From the NCBI RefSeq assembly GCF_006345805.1, contig NC_043016.1, forward strand, positions 9,362,001-9,426,000: a stretch of 64,000 nt of DNA, given 5' to 3'. Source of the DNA: Octopus sinensis (lineage: Eukaryota). This document shows positions 39,484-51,446 of the stretch, one piece after another. The translations under genes were made by a program, and so were the position numbers. Within the stretch, counting starts at the first letter, position 1. Each line of letters opens with the position of its first letter. Under the pieces are notes generated by a model, which saw only the letters and a list, made by a program, of their open reading frames with translations, was not told where the DNA came from and ran no database searches.

Positions 39484-39603
39484 CTGTTTTTAGGAATTAC
39501 CAAACAAGTTCTTGTAAATAAGAAAGAACAACAAAGGAAGGTTGCTGAAGAAGGAATACATTTGACAAACAAATCTGTAAAGCCAAAGAAAAAGTGCTGC
39601 TAG
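39484..39603 (+). CDS. RAB35: Rab35 terminal coding exon, copy 1 (LFLGITKQVLVNKKEQQRKVAEEGIHLTNKSVKPKKKCC*)
   Basis: Poly-T plus CTGCAG acceptor, phase 0 matching the previous exon. Polybasic tail, CC prenylation motif, TAG stop. Confidence 0.93.
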   Translation: MFLGITKQVLVNKKEQQRKVAEEGIHLTNKSVKPKKKCC

Positions 39604-40051
39604 AACATAACTGGTCACATGTTTTTTTGTTATATAGTGCCCCCTTGATATAACGAATTGAGTAGTTGAGATGGGGGAGGGACAGTTGCTCTTCTTAATT
39701 GACAAAAAACAATAAATAATGTCTTTAAAAATTCAAATAAAATTTTGGAAAAAAAAATGAAAAAAGATTTATAAAAAATAAGATTGAATAAATAAAACAA
39801 AATGAAATTAAACAATATAATAATAAGCAAAAATTTTGCAATAATGACATTAAAAAAAAAAGAAAAAATAATTATAAAAATCATTTCTCGTCTGATCATT
39901 TAACACAATTCAATCTTCTTTATTATATTATATTGTGTGAAATTTGATTTAGTATTTCTAAATTGAATTTTTTCCTGTAAGTTAGGATTATTACTCCCTC
40001 AAATAATTATTATATATATATTATATATTTTTTTTTTTTTTTAATCTGCAG

Positions 40052-40171
40052 CTGTTTTTAGGAATTACCAAACAAGTTCTTGTAAATAAGAAAGAACAAC
40101 AAAGGAAGGTTGCTGAAGAAGGAATACATTTGACAAACAAATCTGTAAAGCCAAAGAAAAAGTGCTGCTAG
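40052..40171 (+). CDS. RAB35: Rab35 terminal coding exon, copy 2 (identical duplicate with its own acceptor)
   Basis: Same sequence as 39484-39603, offset by 568 bp, with an intact acceptor and stop. Confidence 0.75.
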   Translation: MFLGITKQVLVNKKEQQRKVAEEGIHLTNKSVKPKKKCC

Positions 40172-42065
40172 AACATAACTGGTCACATGTTTTTTTGTTA
40201 TATAGTGCCCCCTTGATATAACGAATTGAGTAGTTGAGATGGGGGAGGGACAGTTGCTCTTCTTAATTGACAAAAAACAATAAATAATGTCTTTAAAAAT
40301 TCAAATAAAATTTTGGAAAAAAAAATGAAAAAAGATTTATAAAAAATAAGATTGAATAAATAAAACAAAATGAAATTAAACAATATAATAAATAAGCAAA
40401 AATTTTGCAATAATGACATTAAAAAAAAAAGAAAAAATAATTATAAAAATCATTTCTCGTCTGATCATTTAACACAATTCAATCTTCTTTATTATTATTT
40501 TGTTTTACAATAACAATCTTATTTACTACTTCCATTCCCCCGAACGATTTTTTTTTTGTTACTTTTTTTGTTTTAAATATTTTCTTAAATTTTTTTTTTA
40601 CCTATTACTACTTAAAGACATGTTAACTTTAAAAGAGCAAAAAATAAAAAAATAAAAATAAACCATGCAAAAAAGAACCCTGCCCCAAAATAAACAAACA
40701 CCCAAACAGACTAATCATGCTGGTGAGTGAATACAAACATTTGGAGAGAACAGCCTCATCACTTATAAATTGAAGGGAGTTGTTGGGATGGCTAGTGTTT
40801 TCATTCCCATTATTTTCCAAATTCCTTTTTAATTATAAAAGTTATGTCAAGGGTTCACTGTTATGTCAAAGGTATACTGTATATATCAAGTGTACACTGT
40901 GTGTATAACAACGGTACATTGTATATCTGTTTATCTCTGCCAGGAAGTTCCTGCTTCGATGCATATACGTATAACTGAAGAAATAATAAATGAACATGTA
41001 AAAAAAAAAAAAATTATTATTATTACAAAAAATAAAAAAAAAAAATTCATAAATGAAACAGCAGGTGAAGTCGAGTGCTGGAAGAAGAAAGAGAATATAA
41101 ATAAATATAAATAAACATGTAGAATATTGTGTTAAATGAATTTAATGAATAAAATTGATTTCTAAATAAATAAAATAACCAATTCGTTAAAAAAAAAATG
41201 GCTAATTTCTAGCTGTTTGATCATAATATTCTTTATCTTTTGAATAAAAATTAGTATTGTTTATATGTCTGTTCTTAGTACTTTGTACAGTTAAATACAT
41301 AAATATTTTCTCTCTCTCTCTCTCTCTTTCTTCTCTTTTACACATACATATGCATGCATACTATCATATACATGCACATATTCACACATATATATTTACA
41401 TTTACATTCACATAATCACATATGTATATATGTACACATGTATGTAATCCCATACATATATATACATGTATACATGCACATAATCACATACACACATGTG
41501 TATATATTTGTATAAAGTCAAAGATTTACTTCCTAGCTACTCAGAGTTTCATGCATTGCTGTCTTTCCAGTTTTATTCTTGAATAAACTCTTAAACTCTT
41601 GAGTAGCAAGAATGGAATGGTTCACTTAATGGAGACAAATAAATTCTACGATATATATATATATATCAAGTACTTACTTTCTTGTTTGCAAATATATGTC
41701 CATCTTTCTCTCTGTTTCTGTGTATGTATATTTTCATCTGTTTTTTTTTTTTTTTTATCATTTGAAGCCACTCAGAAGAAGGAGCTTGTAGTTTCTAACA
41801 AAGATACAAAGCTCTATCATTGGAACGTAGACAAAAAAAAAAAATCACATTTTAAACTTGCAAAAACTCGGACATAAGTCTTCTAATTACAGATTATATT
41901 TCCAATGTGCCAATTGTATGTAAAATAAGGCATAGGCACAACTGCATCGTTAACTTTTCTTTGCCACCACATAGTTCCAGTCCAGTCCTGGTCCTACTGT
42001 GTACACCTTGGGCAAATATCTTATATGTGAGATATATATTATATATATATATATATATATATGTG

Positions 42066-42358
42066 TTTCTTTATTAGCCACAATGGGCTGAAGACAGACG
42101 GGACAAATTACTAAGTAGAGCTTTTCTTTTTGGGGAGAAAAAAAAATCGGGGTAGGTTTTCGATCGATAGGGATCGTGTATCACAGAAATGTCATGATAT
42201 AAAGTGTAAAGGGGGAAGCAGATAAGGTTTATCCATGGAAAGAAAAGCCTACGGAAAAGACCACAGTAACCTCGGTCAATAATGTCACATGTTAACACAT
42301 TTATTTTCAAGTAAGTAATTCTCTGTTTAAAATTTTCCGGGTTCATAGGACATGCCAT
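42066..42358 (-). mobile_element. Retroposon fragment whose 3' end resembles the SINE A tail
   Basis: Minus strand ends tttgtcccgtctgtcttcagcccattgtggctaataaagaaac, versus SINE A tttgtcccctctgtgtttagccccttgtgggcaataaagaaat. Confidence 0.55.
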
Positions 42359-42658
42359 ATATATATATAATGTGTGTGTATGTATATATATATATATATT
42401 ATATATATATATGAAGGTTTATATTCTGTGCTCCCATGGAAAAGCACTGGGTTGCATACAGATAGTCCATTACCGTTTTTACAGTCAACATATTGTCCAG
42501 TAACTCTGCACTTTCAACAAGGAAAACTCATTTACTTGAAAAGCAGGTACAGTTTAGTAACAGGTAAAGTATTCAGCTGTAAAGCAATGCTTTTATAATA
42601 TGTATTTGTCTAACACATGGTAGTGTGGGAAACAAATATAAAATTGATCAAATGATGT

Positions 42659-43066
42659 ACTCTTTACTCTTTTACTTGTTTCAGTCATTTGACTGCGGCC
42701 ATGCTGAAGCACCGCCTTTAGTCGAGCAAATCAACCCCCAGGACTTATTCTTTGTAAGCCCAGTACTTATTCAATCAGTCTCTTTTGCCGAACCGCTAAG
42801 TGACAGGGATGTAAACACACCAGCATCGGTTGTCAAGCAATGCTAGGGGGTCAAACACACACACTCACTCACACATACATATACATATATATACACATAT
42901 ACGACAGGCTTCTTTCAGTTTCCGTCTACCAAATCCACTCACAAGGCATTGGTCGGCCCAGGGCTATAGCAGAAGACACTTGCCCAAGATGCCACGCAGT
43001 GGGACTGAACCTGGAACCATGTGGTTGGTTAGCAAGCTACTTACCACACAGCCACTCCTGAGCCTA
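42659..43066 (-). mobile_element. Full-length SINE B
   Basis: Reverse-complement consensus match. Confidence 0.92.
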
Positions 43067-43082
43067 TGGATAAAATACACAT

Positions 43083-43138
<56 letters not shown>

Positions 43139-43167
43139 GACAGACAGACAGAACGGATTTTATATAT

Positions 43168-43552
43168 TATATAAAATCCGTTCTGTCTGTCTGTCTGTGT
43201 GTGTCTTCTAGGATCTCGGGCATCCTCCATCCGATTGCACTCAAATTTGATATGTAGATACTGACGGTATAAGGCTGTGTATAAGTCTTGAAAAAATTAC
43301 AAAAATCGATTCCAGGTGAGAATACGATCGATAAAGCCATGGGAACATACATTTGTAAAATTGTTTATTCTTGGAATAGAAAGAAAGTCTATCTTTATTT
43401 CTTCTTTTGTTGGTGTCTCAAATTTAGGTTAAATCGGTGTTTCTCAAAGGGGAAGCCTATGGGACGGTCGGACAAGTTGTTTTGAGAAAATTTAGTTTAA
43501 ATGTTTGACAACTCAGCACCGTCCATTGGACGGGGTGGGGGCGTTTTGCTCG
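43168..43552 (+). mobile_element. Helitron/Helentron-like non-autonomous element
   Basis: tatataaaatccgtt(ctgt)n start, ccgtcc-att-ggacgg hairpin, CTCG|T end. A second copy is at 51895-52269. Confidence 0.65.
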
Positions 43553-43961
43553 TATGTATATATATATATATTAATAGTTATCACCAGGCTAACATGGCAG
43601 TCCAGAAAGATAGGATGAATGCTGCTGTTGATTAGCTCCAAGAGGCCATCGCTTCTAGCTAGCTATGTGACACAAACTTGAGTCCATTATAACCTTCTAA
43701 CAGGGGAGGTCAGCTGCTTCCCCTTGCTGGTCTGGCATCTACAGATTAGTTTCAGGGTATTTGCCCTTTATCAATGTAGAACAGGCATAGATACTGACCA
43801 TCTGTTTGAAGGATTATTTACCTAAATTCAGTAGTTTTCAAAAACCATGTGAACTGCCATGTTAAATTGGCAATAACTATTAATACCCAGTACTGCTGCC
43901 GTAGTCTCCTTTAGAGAGTCTTAGAAATATTAATATACATATATATATATATACACACACA

Positions 43962-45826
43962 CACAGAGTCAGAACTATGCTAATAGCTTAGGAGTAAAAT
44001 TTAAGATCTTTTGGTTTCTTGTGAATTGATTTTGATAAAACTTTACCCATCTGGTTTGCACACTATGGCAACACCTTTGTTATGTTTTCATTATTCTGTC
44101 TAATGCCCTTTCATCATCATCATCATCGTTTAACATCTGCTTTCCATGCTAGACGGTTCGACTGGGGTCTGAGAAGCCAGGAGGCTTCACCAGGCCCAGT
44201 CTGATCTGGCAATGTTTCTACAGCTGGATGCCCTTCCTAACGCCAACCACTCCATGTGGGTGCTTTTTACGTGCCACCAGCACGGTGCCAGGCGAGGCTG
44301 GCAACGGCCACAATCGGTTGGTGCTTTTTATGAGCCACCGGCACAGAGGCCAGTCAGGGCAGCACTGGTACCAGCCACGTTCGGATGGTTCTTTTACGTG
44401 CCACTGGCACTGGTATCTCAACTACAATTTCCATTGATTTTTGAGCAATTTTGATTTCAATTCCGATTTCTTTTTTTATTTCAGATTTTTTGGGTGACCC
44501 ATGCTTAATAGCTTTTGAATGAAAATAGCCTATCTAGACATTTTTTTTTTTTTTTTCAGAAAATGAAGGGTAATGATACATATTAAACATACATTAAGTA
44601 TATATTTAACAGAATACCATAGTATTATTATAACATTTATTGACAATGAATTATTTAGCCACATGAACGCCATTTTGACAGACAACTTCAAAAACCCTAT
44701 TAGTCATGGAATCTCAATTCCTTATTAGTAACTCTGCTGTAACTTTGATGGTCGCCCATAAAACATATCTTTTGACTTAAATTGGTGTCCATCAGCACAA
44801 ACATCTTGTTTAATGATGGACCAAAAATTTTCAATAGGGTTGAGATCCGGAGATGCCACACCATAAACCTTTCACCTTGTCTGCTGTAAGACCCTAGTAA
44901 TATTTGGGTGGTCCTAGCAGAGTGGGAGGGGGTGTTGTCATGCATGAATATGAGATTCCTTAGAAGTGACAGCAGTATGTCATCTAGCCAGGGATCCAAG
45001 ACCTCCTTCAGGAGATTGCAGTAGGTGGTTGCAGTCACTTTAACCCATTCGGGCACCCTGACTGGGCCAACAAGTCAGTCCTCAATGATACCAGCCCACA
45101 ACATGACTCCTCCACCCTGTTGTTGACATCATAAACATTAGTAACATTCATCTCCAAAATAGATATAAACATTTGCCCAACCATTAGGTCCATCAAGAGT
45201 CGCCCTGGCTTCATCAGTGAACAAAACACAACTCCCGTCTAACGTCATGTACTTTTGGGTCTAATGAAGCCTCAAACACCTGTGATGAGGTGTTAAAGGA
45301 GGCAGTTTCAGGGGTCCATGCATGGAAGCCATAGTCCTGAGGATGCAATTTCTGGTTGTTTTCAGTACAGGAGGACGTCCGGAGGCAGTGGAAATAGCTT
45401 GGCTTCTTTGTCCAAGTTTCCCACATAACTTGAGGACAACATTCCTTAAATCCCTAACCGTCACAGTCTTGGAGTTCCCACAGTCAGATTGTTTCTTCCT
45501 TGGCGAAAGTCCCACAATCAAATCATTTCTTCCTTGACATGAAGAGAGATGCCTTTAGCACTTTCTTTGATGATGATAGACTTTTCTTCATTGTTAAGGC
45601 CTTTTCCATGTCCCACTGTTCTTAGAGAGGAGAGGCACTATTAGTGTGGTTTACCCAAAAACTGAAGAATCTGAAATAAAAAAGGACATTTCACAGAATA
45701 ATGAAAACCTAACAAAGGTGTTGCCATAGTGTGCAAATTAGCTGGGAAAAGTTTTATCAAAATTGATTCACAGAAAACTGAGAAATACTAATTTCACTCT
45801 GAAGTTATTAGTGTGGTTCTCTGTGT
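43962..45826 (-). mobile_element. Degenerate Tc1-type transposon with long (over 130 bp) terminal inverted repeats, interrupted by an RTE 3' fragment
   Basis: 43962-44098 and about 45690-45826 are reverse complements. The frameshifted transposase retains TDE, FMHDNTPSH and SPDLNPIENFW. Confidence 0.88.
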
Positions 45827-45845
45827 GTGTGATGTGTTTATATAT

Positions 45846-46228
45846 TACTCTTAACTCTTTTACTTGTTTCAGTCATTTGACTGTGGCCATGCTGGAGCAC
45901 CACCTTTAGTCGAGCAAATTGACCCTAGGACTTATTCTTTGGAAGCCTAGTACTTATTCTATCAGTCTCTTTTGTCGAACGGCTAAGTTACAGGGACGTA
46001 AACACACAAGCATCAGTCGTCAAGCGATGTTGGGGGGGACAAACATATACACACAGACACACATACAGGCTTCTTTTCAGTTTCTGTCTACCAAATCCAT
46101 TCACAAGGCTTTGGTTGGCATGAGGCTATAGTAGAAGATACTTGTCCAAGGTGCTACGCAGTGGGACTGAACCCAGAACCATGTGGTTCATAAGCAAGCT
46201 ACTTACCACACAACCACTCCTACGCCTA
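45846..46228 (-). mobile_element. SINE B
   Basis: Reverse-complement consensus match. Confidence 0.9.
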
Positions 46229-46230
46229 TG

Positions 46231-46278
<48 letters not shown>

Positions 46279-46281
<3 letters not shown>

Positions 46282-46583
46282 TTATATATAAAACTGAAGT
46301 TGTGTGAGAGTCTGTCTCCTCCGATTTAGATTCCTAACAACTCCCACATTTTGCGGTGCAGTTTAACCAAAAGCGGGTATCTTATTGTCGTGATTCATAT
46401 CGAGCCCTTCTGGGTATTAGCGCGCGTCTGCGATGAGTCTATGATTTAAAAAAAAAATTACCATCATTTTTTCGTTTTTTTAATGCATTTTTTGCTCGGT
46501 TTATATAAGGGAAGTAACTCTCTAAAAATGCTTATATAGTTATTTCCCTTACAAACCCAAGCAACGCCGGGCGATACTGCTAG
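46279..46583 (+). mobile_element. Short non-autonomous Helitron inserted in (TA)n
   Basis: A|TC start, ccc(a)agcaacgccggg subterminal hairpin, CTAG|T end. Confidence 0.8.
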
Positions 46584-46615
<32 letters not shown>

Positions 46616-47152
46616 ACTTCAAGAAAGTTAGACGTTGCGAATCCAACCCAATAAGGGATAATATCTATCCAATATATTGCTGGTAGAATACCCAACTATT
46701 AATACACAAGTGTTTTTTATTGCATTGCAATTACATTCCCTAGTGTATTAAATGGCTAAATGTAAAGAGATATTTTGCCATTAATTTATATAGCAAATAA
46801 GAAAATTCCTACCTACCACACTAAAAACTATACAATCACATACATCTATTTATAGAAATTTGACATCTTTGTATTCTTCCCTCCACTTTAAATTTTACTA
46901 CTAAAACTATTACTCACTTTGGTATCACCCCACTCATACCTTTTCTCTACCCATCCTTAATGCAGGTCTATCACATCACCCCTACTCTCTTATCTCACAC
47001 TTATTCACTCCTTACCTTCTCATCTCTACCTATCCCTCTCCCACCCTCCCCTCACATTATATATATATAAATATATATATATATATGCACACACACATAC
47101 ACAACAGGTTTCTTGCAGTTTCTGTATACCAATTGCTGATTTATATATATAT

Positions 47153-47310
47153 GGAGTGGCTGTGTGGTAAATAGCTTGCTTAAGAACCACATGGTTCAGG
47201 GTTCAGTCCCATTGCATGGCACCTTGGACAAATGTCTTCTACCATAGCCGCGGGCCAACAAAGCCTTGTGAGTGGATTTGGTAGATGGAAACTGAAAGAA
47301 GCCCATCTTA

Positions 47311-47363
<53 letters not shown>

Positions 47364-47575
47364 ATATATGTTTGTGTGTCTGTCTTTGTCCCCCAAACAT
47401 CACTTGACAACCAATGTTGGTATGTTTACGTCCCCCCCGTAATTTACCGGTTCAGCAGAAGAGACCGATAGATTAAGTACTAGGCTTCCAAACAATAAGT
47501 CCTGGGATCAATTTGCTCGACTAAAAGACGGTGCTCCAGCATGGTCACAGTCAAATGACAGAAACAAGTAAAAGA
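47153..47575 (+). mobile_element. SINE B
   Basis: Consensus match. Confidence 0.9.
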
Positions 47576-48084
47576 TATATATATGGTGCAGCCTACTGGC
47601 TTGCCAGTCCTAAGTCAAACCGTCCAACCCATGCCAGCATGGAAAGCGGACGTTAAACAATGATGATGATATATATATACACATACTCACACACATACAC
47701 ACACACATGAGTAAAGTGAGATCACAGCTGTGACGAGAAGACCTGTTGGGTCAAGTGAAATCATAGTCATGGCCAATGCCAGTGCTGCCTAACTGGCTCC
47801 CTGTGCCAGTGAAACGTAAAAAGCAGTATCTGAATGTGGTCGATGTCAGTGCCACCTTGACTGGCTCCTGTGCAGTGGCATGTAAAAAGTACCCACCACT
47901 CTCTCAGAGCAGTTGGTATTAGGAAAGGCATCCAGCTGTAGAAACCTTGCCTGATCAGATTGGAACCTGGTGCAGCCTACTGGCTTGCCAGTCCTCAATC
48001 AAACCGTCCAACCCATGTCAGCATGGAAAGCAGATGTTAAACGATGGTGATGATGATGTATGTCTACATACATATGTACGTGTG

Positions 48085-48119
<35 letters not shown>

Positions 48120-49736
48120 GTGTGCTGTTGTGTCTGGGGAGAGTCATTTTCTTTTTGTGCCTTATAATGTAACACACTCACTGGTAAAATTTCCACTTAT
48201 TAGTCTTGACTATTGAAAAGGTAATATATATATGACTGGGCCTGACGAAGCCTTCCAGCTTCACAGACCCCAGTTGACCCGTCCAACCCATGCTAGCATG
48301 GAAAGCGGACGCTAAACGATGATGATGATGATGATGATGATAAGGAGAGTTTACATACATATATATGTATGTATATATGTATATGCACACTCACATATAC
48401 AAGAAATCCATCATTATTGATTGCATTAAATAACTCATAAAAGCCCTGAAATGGGTCACAGGCACTTCTTGATAGAAAATAGGTTTTTCAGCATACATGT
48501 ATACAGATTATTGTCCATAATTTAGAATAAATTTGGGACCACACACTGTAAAGCAAACAAATCTGAGTATTCAAATGTTGAATAATGTAAGGTTTTGATT
48601 CCTGATAGAAGCCACTCCTCTGACGCTTATTTAGAAACTAGTTGAGAGTTGCAAGAAATATGTCAAATCGTTTCAAAAAAAAAGTTACGTTGCTAGATAA
48701 ACATACTTGAAGTTATCATGTTTAACAAGCAAGCTTCAATATTTGCCTTTAACATAACAAATATTTAATGTTACAATAATTGAGATACATTTTAAGCAAC
48801 AAACCTGATTATCAAGAATTTGATCGTGTGGTTCGGAAGCAATCTTCTCAGCCATGTAGCCAAATTTGCTCCTTAATTTTAAAAAATATTCCAAATATTT
48901 AGAGCACTGTTTTGTGTAAAGGATACAAGCTGAGATTTATAAACCAGTTTTGGTTCTTGGTCTGAGTGAGATAATTCTTTACTTAGATTCATAAAACTGT
49001 TGGAAATAGGGATGAACAAGCCATGAACCAAAGATGAATCAAACTTATTTTTTAATTCAGTTTTATTGCAATTTATTTTCAAATTTTACAATTCTGCTGC
49101 CCATGTTTGTGTAGGAAACTGGAAACTAAAACACACGCATGTATGGGTCCTCATCATCATCATCGTTTAACGTCCATTTTCCATGTTAGCATGGGTTGGA
49201 CGGTTCAACTGGGGTCTGGGAAGTCAGGAGGCTGCACCAGGCTCCAGTCTGATCTGGCAGTGTTTCTACAGCTGGATGCCCTTCCTAATGCTTACCACTC
49301 CATGAGTGTAGTGGCTGCTTTTTACATGCCACCGGCACAAGTGCCAGGGGAGGCTGGCAAACAGCCATGATCGGTTGGTGCTTTTCCGTGTCACCAATAC
49401 GGACGCCAGTCAGGCAGCACTGGCAACTGCCACGTTCAGATGGTGCTTTTAACGTGTCACCGGCACGGGTATCTTAACTAAATTTTTTTCGTCTGAAAAA
49501 TTCTCAAACCACATAAAACTATAGCATGTGCATATGAAGTCGGAAAACACTTCTGTCATGATTACAAGTGTGGGTTCATGCTCTACAGTCAGCCATTAAT
49601 TTTTTCTATCCAAAGGGGTTTTCAACCCAATATCTACATGCTATTATTTATAGCTTTATGTGCTTTGAGATCCACTATTCAAAAAAGGAATTATTTCACA
49701 TTCTCTCAAAAATTTACAAATTCTTGAAATTAACCA

Positions 49737-49799
<63 letters not shown>

Positions 49800-49824
49800 A
49801 TACATACATATATATATATATATA

Positions 49825-50186
49825 AGTTCAGCAAAATTTAGATTCAGATGAATATGGTACTTAGGTTAAAGGCACCAGAATTTGGTATGGTATTATCCAT
49901 ATAAATCAAATGGGGTGATTATAATCAAAATAAGTAACAAGGATATCCAAGGTAGTGTAGTACAATCGTTTCATGCTACTTCATTTTATTAAACACTGTA
50001 AGTATTACATCACTTTTAAAATGTCGAGCAATCTTCAGCCACATATAGAATTTTTTAATTAAACAGAAAATGCACATTTTTATACTTATTTCATTTGCCA
50101 ACATTACAAAGAGGCTAGATATATAGACAGAGAGCATGAAACGATTGTACTACACTACCTTAGATATCCTTGTTGCTTATTTTGAT

Positions 50187-50190
<4 letters not shown>
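49825..50190. mobile_element. Penelope-like pLTR remnant with an inverted partial copy
   Basis: agcatgaaacgattgtactacactacctt...ttttgattat occurs on the minus strand at 49919-49978 and on the plus strand at 50133-50189; the region carries a hammerhead motif. Confidence 0.55.
49956..50043 (-). ncRNA. Type I hammerhead ribozyme motif with long stem II
   Basis: Minus strand reads UGUGG CUGAAGA UUGCU...AGCAU GAA ACGAUUGU A CUACA, with an additional CAUUUUA/UAAAAUG helix in stem II and a GUA triplet. Confidence 0.65.
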
Positions 50191-50223
<33 letters not shown>

Positions 50224-50650
50224 GTGTGTGTGTACTTTACACCTAGATAAACTGTTATGTACATATATATGTATATATATACGTGTGTGTGCGTGTATAT
50301 GCATGTACAATAAGTGAACACATGAAAGAAAGTTGCACACAACGTATTTGGTTGGAGTTACATGTATTTAATAACAGTTTGACTAAGCTGAGCATTACTT
50401 GAAGTTTCATGGGTAATTGGAATGCATCCACCTCATTACATGTTCAGAGACAGAGTAGAGATTTTGAAAGTAATTCAAAATGCCTTCTAGTTGTTTGAAC
50501 CTTTATTGTTCGGCTCCTGATCATGTGGTTGCAATGCTATTTCAAAGTAACATTATTTATTTCTTTATTTTTAAGTTTATATGTTGTGGACAAGATGCTT
50601 GTATCACTTTGATGACAGGCTGCAGTTTGGTATATTTAATGACTACAACT

Positions 50651-51048
50651 TGTAGTGACGCTATTTTCGAAGTATTCAGCGCACATGCGCAGAGTTGGAT
50701 TACTTCCGGTAGGCCGCCAGAAGTTCCCTCATGCGCATGCGCAGAGAACTGCCAACAGAAAGTTTTCCCGCTAGATCGGTCTTTTTTGTAGCTGCAGACC
50801 TGTCGAGTGGACACGACTCAACCTTCTCTCAAGGAAAACCCAACATGTAGAGAAGCCCCTTTCTACACGGGAACGGAGACAGCATTTTGGCTCACACAAG
50901 TTAGCTATTGTGAATAGTTTTATGGACTTGGCTACCGGTTTGCCCTGAAGAAGATATATGTGTATATATTTTATTTGCGAATTCGGACAAAATAAAGTAT
51001 TATTTATTGCTGTTGAAGATAGTCGAAGTTTTAGTTTTCCTTTCGACA
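50651..51048 (+). mobile_element. Probable solo LTR
   Basis: TGT...ACA termini, flanked by CAACT and CAATT (5-bp TSD, one mismatch). CpG-rich relative to the flanks, with AATAAA near the 3' end. Confidence 0.55.
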
Positions 51049-51380
51049 CAATTGAATGTAACAGGATAAGACCATCACTCCTCAAGTGTTCCTGAGACTT
51101 TCATTCTGTTACAATTGGGTGTACCATACATGATCAGGTAAACAAAGATCAATGGTCATTCTGAGGAGTTTGAACACATTGGTGATAGGAAAAAAACATT
51201 GAAGATTAAACATATGTTGCATTTCTGACAATGCCAACATATGTAGATCCCTAACTGTGATTTTGATTTTCCTTCAAAGGCCTTCGTATAAAATACCACT
51301 AATGTTCATAAAAGTATTTTCCTTTGCACAAATGCACTTCCTGTCAATTGCTTCAACTTTGGCTCGCAAACTGACGGATA

Positions 51381-51446
51381 AATCCTTAAATCCTTAAAAA
51401 TGTTTTAGCCCAAAGTCTGCGGCTATACTGGGGCACCACCGCTGAG
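51381..51446 (-). mobile_element. Extreme 3' end of the same LINE family as 18381-19181
   Basis: Reverse complement reads cagcggtggtgccccagtatagccgcag...catttttaaggatttaaggatt. Confidence 0.75.

Larger units (their letters stand above)
39155..40495 (+). repeat. About 2.3-copy tandem array (unit about 568 bp) containing the Rab35 last exon, its acceptor and proximal 3' UTR
   Basis: The block aaaattcaaataaaattttgg...caatcttctttattat occurs three times (from about 39155, 39727, 40295); the exon-containing block occurs twice. Confidence 0.95.

Noticed and set aside
40629-40820. 63-aa minus-strand ORF
   Set aside because: It lies in the probable Rab35 3' UTR, ends in an A/T run, and has no recognisable motif or splice support.
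48614-48649. CUGACGC...GAAACUAGUU hammerhead-like motif
   Set aside because: A9 is missing, stem II is absent and stem I is mismatched; too decayed to call. The same applies to about 32713-32755.
50960-51000. CUGAAGA plus a hairpin in the solo LTR as a hammerhead
   Set aside because: No GAAA adjacent to stem II, and no NUH triplet or stem I partner.
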